Assembly (NCBI RefSeq): GCF_049969415.1
Contig: NZ_JBMFOX010000017.1
Span: forward strand, 1 to 26,030
Source of the DNA: Candidatus Hadarchaeum sp.
GTDB lineage: Archaea; Hadarchaeota; Hadarchaeia; Hadarchaeales; Hadarchaeaceae
Direction: 5' to 3'
DNA: 26,030 bases
In this document: positions 16,020 to 25,199 of the stretch, in pieces
How the letters are laid out: each line of letters opens with the position of its first letter
Position numbering within the stretch: the stretch's first letter is position 1
Notes under the pieces: generated by a model
Told to the model about the DNA's origin: nothing
Database searches by the model: none
The model's input: only the letters and a program-made list of their open reading frames with translations
Position numbers and translations under genes: made by a program

Positions 16020-17111
16020 TTGGTTGAGGTAATGGAAATGATGCGGGACGGAAGTCCAGATTGGAAGAAGGTGCTGCTTTTAGCGACGGCGCTGTTTCTA
16101 GTCGTTACCTTAATTCTGGCCCCAGCAGCTTCCGCCGCCAAGGATTCGGAAAAGCCGAACAATGGTCACGATAAAGGTGGCGTTGATGATAATAATCAAA
16201 AAAAGGATAAGAAAAATAAGGAAGCCGACAATAGCCCAGAAAACGTTGTGCCCCCAGAAAACCTAATTGATGATAATTTGGACGATCCAGAAATATCCGA
16301 CAACAACGCCTCTGGTTTGGTTGATAATAACTTGGTTCAGCCAGATAACACGTCAGAGCAGAATGAAAATGTTTTTGATCTGTGGCCCGATTCGCAAGAG
16401 GACGGTATTCAGGATCAGCCACAAGATAATGATAATCAGAACTCTTTGAGTGATAGTGATGATGGTTGTTCAGCGGAGGAGCAGCCAGCCAGTCAACCAG
16501 CGGAGGAGCAGCCAGCCAGTCAACCAGCGGAGGAGCAGCCAAATAACAGTCCGTCTTATCAAACCTCATTCAACAGCCCAAGCCAGCAAGATATTTCAGA
16601 AAAGGAATCAGAAACGAGTTATTTTGATGCCCAGCTTCCATCTGAAAGTCAAGTCGGATTCGAAAATCAACCGGACAAAGTTAACGTAGTTCCTCAAGAG
16701 CCGAACGAACTTCAATCTGGACAGACTGTTGATGCAATCCGCCAAGACAATGTGGAAGATACTCAGTCAACGAAAACTGTTTTCGAAACTTCTCCAGAGC
16801 TGAGTTCAGTAAGCGCCGGCATTGCTCTTTCCAAAGAATTGTTTGTTTTGAGCTTCGGCTTCGGTTCCGTCTTGTTTGTCAAGCTGGCCCAGATTAAAAT
16901 ACAACAGAAGTATCTGTTTCAGCTCTTGAACCTACAAGCGACAATTTCACATTCCTTTACCCCAGCCCGCGTTCGTTTGGAGAAGTTTTACTTAGCGCAT
17001 TTACGTTTTGGCAAGATAAAATGTAAGGCCGGTTTCACTAAGGAGGAGGCGCTGGCTTTTCTTAGTGAGTGTCAGAGACTCACGGTCTCGTTGGGCCGCA
17101 GATATTATTAA
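16020..17111 (+). CDS. Secreted/membrane-anchored low-complexity (D/N/Q/E/S/P-rich) protein
   Basis: Signal peptide KKVLLLATALFLVVTLILAPAASA, long acidic disordered region, hydrophobic segment LFVLSFGFGSVLFV and a basic tail. The start is probably ATG 16032/16038. Confidence 0.7.
   Translation: MVEVMEMMRDGSPDWKKVLLLATALFLVVTLILAPAASAAKDSEKPNNGHDKGGVDDNNQKKDKKNKEADNSPENVVPPENLIDDNLDDPEISDNNASGLVDNNLVQPDNTSEQNENVFDLWPDSQEDGIQDQPQDNDNQNSLSDSDDGCSAEEQPASQPAEEQPASQPAEEQPNNSPSYQTSFNSPSQQDISEKESETSYFDAQLPSESQVGFENQPDKVNVVPQEPNELQSGQTVDAIRQDNVEDTQSTKTVFETSPELSSVSAGIALSKELFVLSFGFGSVLFVKLAQIKIQQKYLFQLLNLQATISHSFTPARVRLEKFYLAHLRFGKIKCKAGFTKEEALAFLSECQRLTVSLGRRYY
16471..16541 (+). repeat. Perfect 27-bp tandem repeat (about 2.6 copies) encoding AEEQPASQP
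   Basis: CAGCGGAGGAGCAGCCAGCCAGTCAAC at 16471-16497 and 16498-16524, with a partial copy at 16525-16541. Confidence 0.92.
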
Positions 17112-17249
17112 TCTTGAAAATACTGGGGCGAGTTTGATTCCTGTTTTGGCAGGTTAACTCGGTTTAAATAACTGTTTGGAATTAACAACCACATTAAATT
17201 AGCTGTAGTAATTCTTGAAAATTCTTTAAATCTGGATGGGAGGAGTATA

Positions 17250-17801
17250 ATGATAACAATGACCTCAGAAGTGACGATTGAGATTTTAGAAGGGGATATT
17301 ACCAAACAGAAGGCAGATGCTATTTGCAACCCGGCGAATAGCTTACTGCTGATGGGCGGCGGTGCTGCCGGGGCAATCAAAAGGGCTGGCGGCGTTGAAA
17401 TCGAAAAGGAAGCGCTGAAATATGCGCCTGTTCCGGTTGGTCAGGCCGTGGCAACCGGAGCCGGCAAGCTGAATTCGAAGTGGGTAATCCATGCACCCAC
17501 GATGGAGCGCCCGGCGATGTCAACCACTGCCGAGAAAGTTTATCTGGCCACAAAAGCTGCCCTAGTTTGTGCTGAAAGAGTCGGCGCCAAAGAATTGGTT
17601 CTTCCCGGCATGGGCACGGGTGTTGGAGGAGTTTCTCCTGAAGATGCGGCAGAGGCCATGATGCGAGCGATAGCCGAATTTAAGCGTGAGGCTAAATCTT
17701 TGAAAAAGATCATTCTATGTGACATCGATCGAGAGATGGTTAAGGCTTGGCAAAAAGCAGGATTAAAGCCTGAAAACATTTTGACAAGTTGGGTTGATTA
17801 A
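17250..17801 (+). CDS. Macrodomain protein (ADP-ribose binding/hydrolase, MacroD/Af1521-like)
   Basis: GDIT, DAICNPANS, MGGGAAGAI, VIHAP and PGMGTGVGG. Confidence 0.92.
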   Translation: MITMTSEVTIEILEGDITKQKADAICNPANSLLLMGGGAAGAIKRAGGVEIEKEALKYAPVPVGQAVATGAGKLNSKWVIHAPTMERPAMSTTAEKVYLATKAALVCAERVGAKELVLPGMGTGVGGVSPEDAAEAMMRAIAEFKREAKSLKKIILCDIDREMVKAWQKAGLKPENILTSWVD

Positions 17802-18572
17802 ATGAGTTTCATCGATTCTCACACTCACATTTATTTGAGAGGTGCCCAAGATTTGGAAGCTATGTCTGCGGCGGGCGTTGAAGGCGTTGTGATCTGCTCT
17901 TACTTCCCGGTAAAGCCGACCGGGCCCACCACTTTAATAGACTTGCATCGTTGGCTAGCTGAGGGCGAGTCGGAGCGCTTGAAGAATTATGGAATCACCG
18001 CTTTTCTGGCCGTTGGGATTCATCCGAGGTGCATTCCTTCAACCGGCGTCAACCAAGTTCTGGAGCATCTAGCATCTTTTTTTGAGTCAGGCAGAGCCAT
18101 GGCCTTGGGCGAAGTTGGTTTGGAAACAGCTAGTGAAGAAGAGGCAAAGGTTTTGGTGAAACAGATTGAGCTCGCGAAAAGTTACGATTTACCCATGATT
18201 TTTCACACACCTCGGCAGAACAAGTCTCAGGTTTTTGATAGATTGCTGAAGCTAATTGGAAGCCAAAAAGTGGAGTGGTCAAAGGTGATCATCGACCATT
18301 TGACCTTAGAATTGGCTGCCCGGACGAAGACGCTTGGGGCCAACATCGGAATAACGGTTCAACCTGGAAAAATGGCGGAAAAGGATGTAATTTCTGTCGT
18401 TAACAACATTGGTGCGGAAGACATTATGGTAAATAGTGATTTAAGCAATCAACCGTCAGACCCGCTCACAGTACCTAAAGTTGCGCGGGCGCTGTGCGAA
18501 GCAGGCCTAAGTAAAGGCGATGTGGAAAAGGTTACTTACCTAAATGCTAAAATGGTTTTGAACTTTCGGTAG
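17802..18572 (+). CDS. TatD-family metal-dependent hydrolase
   Basis: IDSHTH, VGIHP, ALGEVGLE, FHTPR, IIDH and NSD motifs. Confidence 0.88.
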   Translation: MSFIDSHTHIYLRGAQDLEAMSAAGVEGVVICSYFPVKPTGPTTLIDLHRWLAEGESERLKNYGITAFLAVGIHPRCIPSTGVNQVLEHLASFFESGRAMALGEVGLETASEEEAKVLVKQIELAKSYDLPMIFHTPRQNKSQVFDRLLKLIGSQKVEWSKVIIDHLTLELAARTKTLGANIGITVQPGKMAEKDVISVVNNIGAEDIMVNSDLSNQPSDPLTVPKVARALCEAGLSKGDVEKVTYLNAKMVLNFR

Positions 18573-18615
18573 TGTTTTATTACTTCTGGGCGCATATGAT
18601 TTTTTCGGTTTATAC

Positions 18616-19536
18616 ATGATTCGATTAGAGGGACTAACTAGGAAATTTAACGGCCTAACTGCGGTGGACAACCTTACCTTTGAGGTCAAAGAGGGCGAGA
18701 TATTCGGACTTCTCGGCCCCAACGGCGCGGGTAAAACGACAACCGTTCGGATGCTGTGCTGTCTGATTAGGCCCACAAGCGGTCGGGCTTTCATTGGCGA
18801 TTATGAGGTTGGACGTGATGCGATTAAAATTAGAGAAATAGTTGGACTCCTTCCGGAATCACCCGGTCTTTACGGGGAACTCAGCGCATATCGCAATCTC
18901 GAATTTTATGCCAAGCTTTACGGCGTCCCCAAGGAGAAGCGGGAGGAAAACATTGAGCGCTTTCTCAGGATGATGGGGCTCTGGGAACGGAGAAATGACC
19001 TTGTTGGCACCTTTTCCAAAGGTATGCAGCAGAAGATTGCCATTGCCAGATCAATGGTGCATGAGCCAAAAGTTTTGTTTTTGGACGAGCCGACGGCAGC
19101 TCTGGCTCCCGATTCCGCCAAGGTCGTCAGAGATTTCATCTTGGAGCTAAAGCATAAGAAACGGACGATATTCATCTGCACGCATAATCTATATGAGGCA
19201 GAGAGAATCTGCGACCGTGTGGCAATAATCAATACCAGACTGTTGGCTTTAGGTTCACCGGCGCAGTTACAGAGGGAATTTGGATCCGGGAAGACCGAGA
19301 TTCAGCTTAAAAATCTGGGACCGAGAATTGTCAGGGCGGTGAAAAAAGTTAAAGGCGTGCTAAAAGTTGAAGTTTCTGGGGAAAAGTTGTTAGTCCAATC
19401 AAAAGAACCAGACACGGTGAACCCTAAGGTGGTGGAAGTGATCGTCAAAAACGGTGGTAAGGTCTTATACGTGACCCGCGGAGCACTGGGCCTAGAAGAG
19501 GTTTACCTAAAAATGGTGGGCAAAAATGAAGTTTGA
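18616..19536 (+). CDS. ABC-2 type exporter ATP-binding subunit
   Basis: Walker A GPNGAGKTT, signature FSKGMQQK, Walker B LFLDEPT, H-loop CTH and C-terminal LEEVYL. Confidence 0.93.
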   Translation: MIRLEGLTRKFNGLTAVDNLTFEVKEGEIFGLLGPNGAGKTTTVRMLCCLIRPTSGRAFIGDYEVGRDAIKIREIVGLLPESPGLYGELSAYRNLEFYAKLYGVPKEKREENIERFLRMMGLWERRNDLVGTFSKGMQQKIAIARSMVHEPKVLFLDEPTAALAPDSAKVVRDFILELKHKKRTIFICTHNLYEAERICDRVAIINTRLLALGSPAQLQREFGSGKTEIQLKNLGPRIVRAVKKVKGVLKVEVSGEKLLVQSKEPDTVNPKVVEVIVKNGGKVLYVTRGALGLEEVYLKMVGKNEV

Positions 19537-20308
19537 CCGGATTTGGGAGATTGCCAAAAAGGACATGGCCAGCGTTAGAAGGTACCGATATGTTCTGTAC
19601 GGGCTGGTCGTCATGCCGCTCATATTTGCGATTGTGGTGCCAGTGGTATCTCTTTTACCAATCTTAAACGCTGAAAGTTTGTCCGGAGGAGAACTGCCGC
19701 CGTTTGCCACGCCAGGATATTCCCTGAAACAGGCGACGGTGATGGGAATGGTCTCCATGTTAAGCTTATTTTTCATGTTCATTCCCGCCTTTGTACCTTC
19801 AGTAATCGCCTCCTATACATTCGTTGGCGAAAAGATAAACAAACAGCTTGAACCACTCTTAGTCACGCCGACGACGGATTCCGAGCTGCTGTTGGGCAAG
19901 GCGCTGGGAGCTTTTCTCCCCGCAGTAGGCGTCACTTTTGCCTCGTTCGTGGGAATGGTAGTTTTAGTGGACTTGCTCACATTTCCTCTTTTCGGATTTT
20001 TGCTGTTGCCAAACCTAATATCTCTGACCATACTATTCATCTACTGCCCGCTGATAGCGATTCTTTCAGTTTCGGTTTCCGTGTTCATTTCTTCAAAAGT
20101 AAACGACGTCCGCGCCGCCATGCAGCTCAGCGGGGTTACTACCGTTCCGGTTCTTGGTTTTTACTTTTTGTTTTTAGGTGGGTTTTTGCGGCTGGATTGG
20201 GTCGAGCTGGCGCTGTTCGCGGCGCTGCTAATTTTCGCTGATTTGGGTCTCATTTACTTGAGCAAAAGGACCTTTCAGCGGGAGGAAATCTTGACCAAGT
20301 GGAAATAG
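19526..20308 (+). CDS. ABC-2 type exporter permease
   Basis: About 6 TM helices and FVGEK....LEPLLVTP....ELLLGK. Overlaps the ATPase gene. Confidence 0.9.
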   Translation: MKFDRIWEIAKKDMASVRRYRYVLYGLVVMPLIFAIVVPVVSLLPILNAESLSGGELPPFATPGYSLKQATVMGMVSMLSLFFMFIPAFVPSVIASYTFVGEKINKQLEPLLVTPTTDSELLLGKALGAFLPAVGVTFASFVGMVVLVDLLTFPLFGFLLLPNLISLTILFIYCPLIAILSVSVSVFISSKVNDVRAAMQLSGVTTVPVLGFYFLFLGGFLRLDWVELALFAALLIFADLGLIYLSKRTFQREEILTKWK

Positions 20309-20317
20309 GGTGGTGGT

Positions 20318-20596
20318 TTGAAGTACTCCGAGTTCAAGGCACCTAAGGGCGTCATAAAAGTCGAACTTTCACTATTAGGTGACAAAATTTCCGAAATCAG
20401 GCTGAGCGGCGATTTCTTCATTTATCCTGAGGAGGCTTTAGAAAAGTTGGAAAAAAGCCTTTTAGGGGCTAAAGTTGACTTTGACAGCCTGATGGCAGCC
20501 GTAAAGAATTTTTATCAAACAACGGGCGCGACAACTCCCCTGATAACTCCAGAACACTGGGTGGAAGCGATTCTTAAGGCGGCGAGGGGTCGATGA
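20318..20596 (+). CDS. lplB: Stand-alone lipoate-protein ligase accessory (C-terminal) domain, LplB-like
   Basis: KAPKGVIKV...I..IRLSGDFFIYPEEALEKLE..L.G signature; directly upstream of the catalytic domain gene. Confidence 0.85.
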   Translation: MKYSEFKAPKGVIKVELSLLGDKISEIRLSGDFFIYPEEALEKLEKSLLGAKVDFDSLMAAVKNFYQTTGATTPLITPEHWVEAILKAARGR

Positions 20597-20597
20597 G

Positions 20598-21353
20598 ATG
20601 GAGTGGAGATTACTGCCCTTGCGGGTGGACGATGCCTTCATGAGCATGGCGATTGAGGAGGCCCTGCTGCGGCTCAACTCAGAGGGAAAGGTGCCCAACA
20701 CAGTCCGATTCTGGCGCTGGTCTCCCTCCGCCGTTTCTCTTGGCTGTTTTCAGAGCTTGGAGCGCGAGGTTGATCTTGAAGCTGCTAGGCGACATGGTGT
20801 TGACGTCGTCCGAAGAATTACTGGCGGCGGCGCCGTATTTCATGACCAGCAGGGGGAATTGACCTACAGTGTGGTTTGTAGAGAGAATGATATGCCTCGC
20901 GACATCGTTGATTCTTACAAGTTGATTTGCAACGGACTCGTGCAAGGGCTGGGTAACTTAGGGATTAAAGCCGAGTTCAGGCCAATCAACGACGTCCAAG
21001 TGAACGGTAAAAAGATTTCTGGAAGTGCTCAGACGCGGAGGTGGGGCTCGGTTCTCCAGCACGGGACAATTTTAATCTCACCAGACGTTAGGCTGATGTT
21101 TGAAATATTGAAGGTGAGCCCGGAGAAGATATCAGATAAATTTATTTCCTCTGTTTTTGAGCGAGTGACCACAATAGAACGCGAGCTGGGCAAAAGGCCT
21201 AGTGTCAAAGAAGTGAGGGAAGCAATGATAGCAGGGTTTGAGCGGGCGCTAAATATTGATTTGGTTGAGATGGATATTAGTAAAGCCGAGCTGGATCTCG
21301 CCGCCGAGATCCGGCCAAAATATGCTTCGCAAGAGTGGCTGAGGAAACGCTAA
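20598..21353 (+). CDS. lplA: Lipoate/octanoate-protein ligase catalytic domain (LplA-N)
   Basis: MAIEEAL, SLGCFQ, VVRRITGGGAVFHD, ND....GKKISGSAQ and LQHGT. Confidence 0.92.
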   Translation: MEWRLLPLRVDDAFMSMAIEEALLRLNSEGKVPNTVRFWRWSPSAVSLGCFQSLEREVDLEAARRHGVDVVRRITGGGAVFHDQQGELTYSVVCRENDMPRDIVDSYKLICNGLVQGLGNLGIKAEFRPINDVQVNGKKISGSAQTRRWGSVLQHGTILISPDVRLMFEILKVSPEKISDKFISSVFERVTTIERELGKRPSVKEVREAMIAGFERALNIDLVEMDISKAELDLAAEIRPKYASQEWLRKR

Positions 21354-22282
21354 TGACCATCGTGAATGAACAACAGGGGTTGTCGTTAAAGCTCAAGCAT
21401 CGTCGTGAGCTTCTTGCGTGCTACCCACATCCAGCTTTTCCCACCATCTCAATCACTGGCAGCAAATGTGCGTTATCCTGTAAGCACTGCGGTCGCCACT
21501 ACTTGAAAAATATGCTCGCCTGCACGACGCCGGAGGAATTGTACAAAAAATGCCTTGAGCTTTCTTTGAAGGGAGCGTTTGGAGTGCTTCTCAGCGGTGG
21601 TTTCAATGAAGAAGGCTATGTTCCCTTTGAGCCTTTCTTGGACGTGATTCGGAAGGTAAAGGACCGGACCGGGATTTTCATCAGCACTCACACCGGTCTG
21701 GTTCCAGAATGGCTGGCCAAAGAAATGGGCATCGCTGGGGTTGACCTAGCCGATTACGATTTAATAGGCAGTGAGGACACCATTAAATCAGTACTCGGCA
21801 TCGAGAAAAAGGTCAATGATTACAGAAGTTCTTTGAAATCCTTGGCCCGGCATATCCCATACGTCGTACCTCATATCTGTATAGGTTTACATTTTGGGGA
21901 ACTTCGAGGCGAGTTCAGAGCCTTGGAGTTGGCGTCGGAGGTAAACCCTTATTTGTTGGTCTTACTAGTTCTGGCACCGACGCCCGGCACCGGTTTCGGG
22001 GAATTGGAACCACCTTCAGCATCTGTTTTCAAAAAAGTTGCCATAAAAGCAAGAACCATGTTTCCGGAGATTGACATCTCGTTAGGTTGCATGCGCCCCC
22101 GTTTTCAAGATCGCCTTGGGCTAGAGCTAGCCGCTCTTGAGGCAGGCATAGACAGGATTGAACTGCCAGCGCAAAAAACGCTTGAAGCGGCTCGGAGGAT
22201 GGGATTGACTGTTAAAAAATTATATGCGTGTTGTTCGGTCCCAGAGTCGGTGGTTAAGTCGAGTTTTGAACCTAACAGTTAA
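21353..22282 (+). CDS. lipS1: Radical SAM protein, archaeal lipoyl synthase subunit LipS1-like
   Basis: CALSCKHC (CxxxCxxC), LLSGG, VVPHICIG, plus the GCMR and C-terminal CC motifs described for LipS1. ATG overlaps the lplA stop (TAATG). Confidence 0.8.
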   Translation: MTIVNEQQGLSLKLKHRRELLACYPHPAFPTISITGSKCALSCKHCGRHYLKNMLACTTPEELYKKCLELSLKGAFGVLLSGGFNEEGYVPFEPFLDVIRKVKDRTGIFISTHTGLVPEWLAKEMGIAGVDLADYDLIGSEDTIKSVLGIEKKVNDYRSSLKSLARHIPYVVPHICIGLHFGELRGEFRALELASEVNPYLLVLLVLAPTPGTGFGELEPPSASVFKKVAIKARTMFPEIDISLGCMRPRFQDRLGLELAALEAGIDRIELPAQKTLEAARRMGLTVKKLYACCSVPESVVKSSFEPNS

Positions 22283-22321
22283 TATTTTGCAGATTCAATT
22301 TGTGAAAGGTGGCATGCGTTC

Positions 22322-23314
22322 ATGTTGGAACCTGCGCAAAACAGAAAATTAAGTAAAGTGAGGGTTGCTTTTGGTACTGGAGCAGTTCTTGGCCTGTGGC
22401 ACGGCAAATTGATCGAAGCTCCGACAACAGCTCACTTTCTAACGTATTTTGAGGGCCGGTGTCGCGGTAACTGTAAGTTCTGTCCGCAAGCGCGCGAAAG
22501 CACGGCTGATCTGGAAATGCTTTCTCGTGTTGTTTGGCCAAAGTTCGATCTAGAGTCCGTTCTGACAGCTTTATCAGAAAATTCAGAAAAATTCAAGAGA
22601 GTTTGTATTCAAGCGGTTAATTCCCCTAGTGTCGTTGAAGTAATCGGCGAGCTTGTTTCCCGGGTTAGGGAAGTCTGCAGGCTGCCGATTTCCGTCTCCT
22701 GCCAACCGCTCACGCTCGAAGAATTGGAGAAATTGTCCGCCTCAGGGGTTGAAAGGGTCGGGTTGGCCTTCGATGCTGCGACTAAAGAGATATTCAGCAA
22801 AGTTAAGGGTTCTGAGTATTCCTGGGAAGGGCATATGGCGGCGCTGAAAAACGCCCAGTTGGTTTTTGGCGACAGGGTTTCAACCCATTTGATAGTTGGT
22901 TTGGGTGAAAGTGAGGAGGAGATGGTCAGAGCTTTGCAGTTCTTCCACGACGGCGGTGTAACCGTGGCGCTTTTTGCCTTTACCCCTATTCCTGGGACTC
23001 CCCTTTCCAAACAGCCACGACCCGATGTTGCCAGTTACCGCCGAGTTCAGCTGGCCAGATTCCTAATCGCCAATAACCTGGTCAGGGCTGAGGAAATGAA
23101 GTTTGAGGGGGGCCGGATTTTTGATTTTGGAGCCGATGGCGAATCTCTGAGAAAAATTGTGGAGTCGGGCGATCCTTTCATCACCTCAGGCTGTGCCGGA
23201 TGCAATCGCCCCTTTTACAACGAGTCCCCACGCGGCCCGATTTACAACTATCCTCGAAAACCAAACCGAAGAGACCTCGACGAGATCAAAAAAGTATTTG
23301 GCCTACCAGGATAA
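22322..23314 (+). CDS. lipS2: Radical SAM protein, archaeal lipoyl synthase subunit LipS2-like
   Basis: CRGNCKFCPQ, HLIVGLGE, LFAFTPIPGT and C-terminal TSGCAGCNRPFYNE (LipS2 TxGCPxCNRP-type motif). Confidence 0.8.
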   Translation: MLEPAQNRKLSKVRVAFGTGAVLGLWHGKLIEAPTTAHFLTYFEGRCRGNCKFCPQARESTADLEMLSRVVWPKFDLESVLTALSENSEKFKRVCIQAVNSPSVVEVIGELVSRVREVCRLPISVSCQPLTLEELEKLSASGVERVGLAFDAATKEIFSKVKGSEYSWEGHMAALKNAQLVFGDRVSTHLIVGLGESEEEMVRALQFFHDGGVTVALFAFTPIPGTPLSKQPRPDVASYRRVQLARFLIANNLVRAEEMKFEGGRIFDFGADGESLRKIVESGDPFITSGCAGCNRPFYNESPRGPIYNYPRKPNRRDLDEIKKVFGLPG

Positions 23315-23372
23315 TCGGCAAACTTTTATGGCCCCAAACATTTAAGTAAAGCGCGCAAATTAGGCAGTTGAG

Positions 23373-23807
23373 GTGAGCACTTTGGCAACGTCCGAATATG
23401 AAGTCCGAGAGGGGTTCTTTTACAGCAAGGAGCATGAATGGGTTAAGGTGGAAAATGGCCAGGTTCGAGTGGGTATAACCGATTATGCTCAGGACAATCT
23501 GGGTGACGTGGTTTACGTTGAGCTCCCAGTAGTGGGCAGAAGGGTCAAGCAAATTGGCGAGCCAAAGAGCCGTGATATGGAGCTGGGCGCGGTTGAGTCG
23601 GTAAAGGCCGTCTCCACGGTTTACAGCCCCATCAGCGGCGAAGTCAAAGAGGTGAATAAGGCGCTTCAAGAGCGGCCCGAGCTTGTTAACACTAGCCCCT
23701 ACGATGAGGGATGGATCTGCACTATTGCCCCCAGCGCGCTGGATAAGGAACTCAAGTTGCTGATGGACGCCAAGGCTTATTCCGAGTACTTGAAAAAGCT
23801 TGAGTAA
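23373..23807 (+). CDS. gcvH: Glycine cleavage system H protein (lipoyl carrier)
   Basis: YSKEHEW, VGITDYAQ..LGDVVYVELP, VESVKA (lipoyl Lys), SPISGEV and PELVN.SPY.EGWI. The start could be TTG 23382. Confidence 0.95.
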   Translation: MSTLATSEYEVREGFFYSKEHEWVKVENGQVRVGITDYAQDNLGDVVYVELPVVGRRVKQIGEPKSRDMELGAVESVKAVSTVYSPISGEVKEVNKALQERPELVNTSPYDEGWICTIAPSALDKELKLLMDAKAYSEYLKKLE

Positions 23808-23810
23808 CTG

Positions 23811-25199
23811 GTGACAATGGTCCACCCTTACATACCGAACTCAGAGGAAACTCGCGAGCGGATGCTTCGCGAGATAGGCCTTTCCGACATAAGCGAACTT
23901 TTCATTGATATTCCTCACGAGGTCCGATTAAAAAGGGAGTTGAATCTCCCCTCAGCGATGTCGGAGCTGGAAGTCGTTAACCATGTTAAGGCAATTCTTT
24001 CCAAGAATAGGCCTTTTACTAAAATGCCCTCCTTTCTTGGGGGCGGTGTCTGGCCCCATTATATCCCGGCCCACGTGCGTCAAATAATCGAGCGCTCCGA
24101 ATTCTTGACCTCTTACACACCTTACCAGCCCGAGAACTCCCAGGGGATGTTGCAAGCCCTTTTTGAGTATCAGAGCCTGATTGCCGAGCTGGTTGGACTT
24201 GATGTTGCCAACGCCTCAATGTACGATTGGGCGACCTCGCTGGGAGAGGCAGCCCTGATGTGTGCCCGGGTGACCGGGAGGAACAAGTTCGTTGTTCCAA
24301 AACTTATTTCCAAAGACCGCCTTTCGGTGCTTAGGAACTACACCGCAGGACCTTCTATCGAGATTGTTGAGGTGGGTTATGATGTAGAAAGCGGTCAGCT
24401 GAACTTGGGTCAGCTGGAACAGGTGGTGGGCAAGGACACGGCAGGGGTTTACGTTGAGAATCCAAGTTATTTGGGCTTTTTAGAGACGCAGGTCGAGGAG
24501 GTTGCTGAGCTGGCTCATAAAAATGGCGCGCTGTTTGTGGTCGGCGTAAACCCGATTTCCTTAGGCCTGCTGAAGGCTCCTGGAGACTACGGTGCAGATA
24601 TCGTGATCGGTGAAGGGCAGCCACTTGGTAACCCGGTTTCTTTTGGCGGCCCAACGCTCGGCATTTTTGCCTGCCGCGGCGAGCCTAGGCTTTTGAGGCA
24701 GCTGCCTGGCCGCCTGATTGGAATGACCCAGACGATTGACGGTAAAGCTCGCGGTTTCACGATGGTCCTGCAGACGCGGGAACAGCACATCAGGCGGGAG
24801 AAGGCCACTTCCAACATTTGTTCCAATGAGGCCCTGTGCGCGGTCGCTGCCGCGGTTTTTTTGGTTACCCTTGGACCTGGGGGGCTGCGTAAGCTTGCGG
24901 AAATCTGTGCGGCCAATGCCAGCTATCTGATAAAGCATCTAAGCGGCATTGCCGGGTTAAAAGTTCCTATTTTTAAGTCGCCGCACTTCAACGAGTTTAC
25001 TCTTCAGCGGGTCGGCGGCAGCATCGACCAGCTGAATGCGGAGCTGCGCAAGCTGGGCATTCAAGGCGGAAAACCTCTGCTCAGAGAATTTCAAGAGCTC
25101 GGTGAGGCAGCCCTGATATGTACCACGGAACTTCATTCTAAGAAGAACCTAGATGATTTCATCATGTCAGTGAAAGAGATCCAGGAGGGTAAAGAATGA
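23811..25199 (+). CDS. gcvPA: Glycine dehydrogenase (decarboxylating) subunit 1
   Basis: [42 protein letters not shown] and [20 protein letters not shown]. Confidence 0.96.
   Translation: MTMVHPYIPNSEETRERMLREIGLSDISELFIDIPHEVRLKRELNLPSAMSELEVVNHVKAILSKNRPFTKMPSFLGGGVWPHYIPAHVRQIIERSEFLTSYTPYQPENSQGMLQALFEYQSLIAELVGLDVANASMYDWATSLGEAALMCARVTGRNKFVVPKLISKDRLSVLRNYTAGPSIEIVEVGYDVESGQLNLGQLEQVVGKDTAGVYVENPSYLGFLETQVEEVAELAHKNGALFVVGVNPISLGLLKAPGDYGADIVIGEGQPLGNPVSFGGPTLGIFACRGEPRLLRQLPGRLIGMTQTIDGKARGFTMVLQTREQHIRREKATSNICSNEALCAVAAAVFLVTLGPGGLRKLAEICAANASYLIKHLSGIAGLKVPIFKSPHFNEFTLQRVGGSIDQLNAELRKLGIQGGKPLLREFQELGEAALICTTELHSKKNLDDFIMSVKEIQEGKE

Noticed and set aside
16471-16541. Repeat considered as a CRISPR array
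   Set aside because: The copies are head-to-tail with no spacers, in frame within a CDS, and no cas genes are present.
21353-23314. Radical SAM genes as biotin synthase BioB or classical LipA
   Set aside because: They lack the LipA CX4CX5C motif. The C-terminal motifs and lpl/gcvH context fit LipS1/LipS2.
23286-23825. 179-aa minus-strand ORF (and similar long antisense ORFs such as 2467-3030, 11950-12486 and 16105-16569)
   Set aside because: These lie antisense to well-supported genes and have no recognisable motifs.
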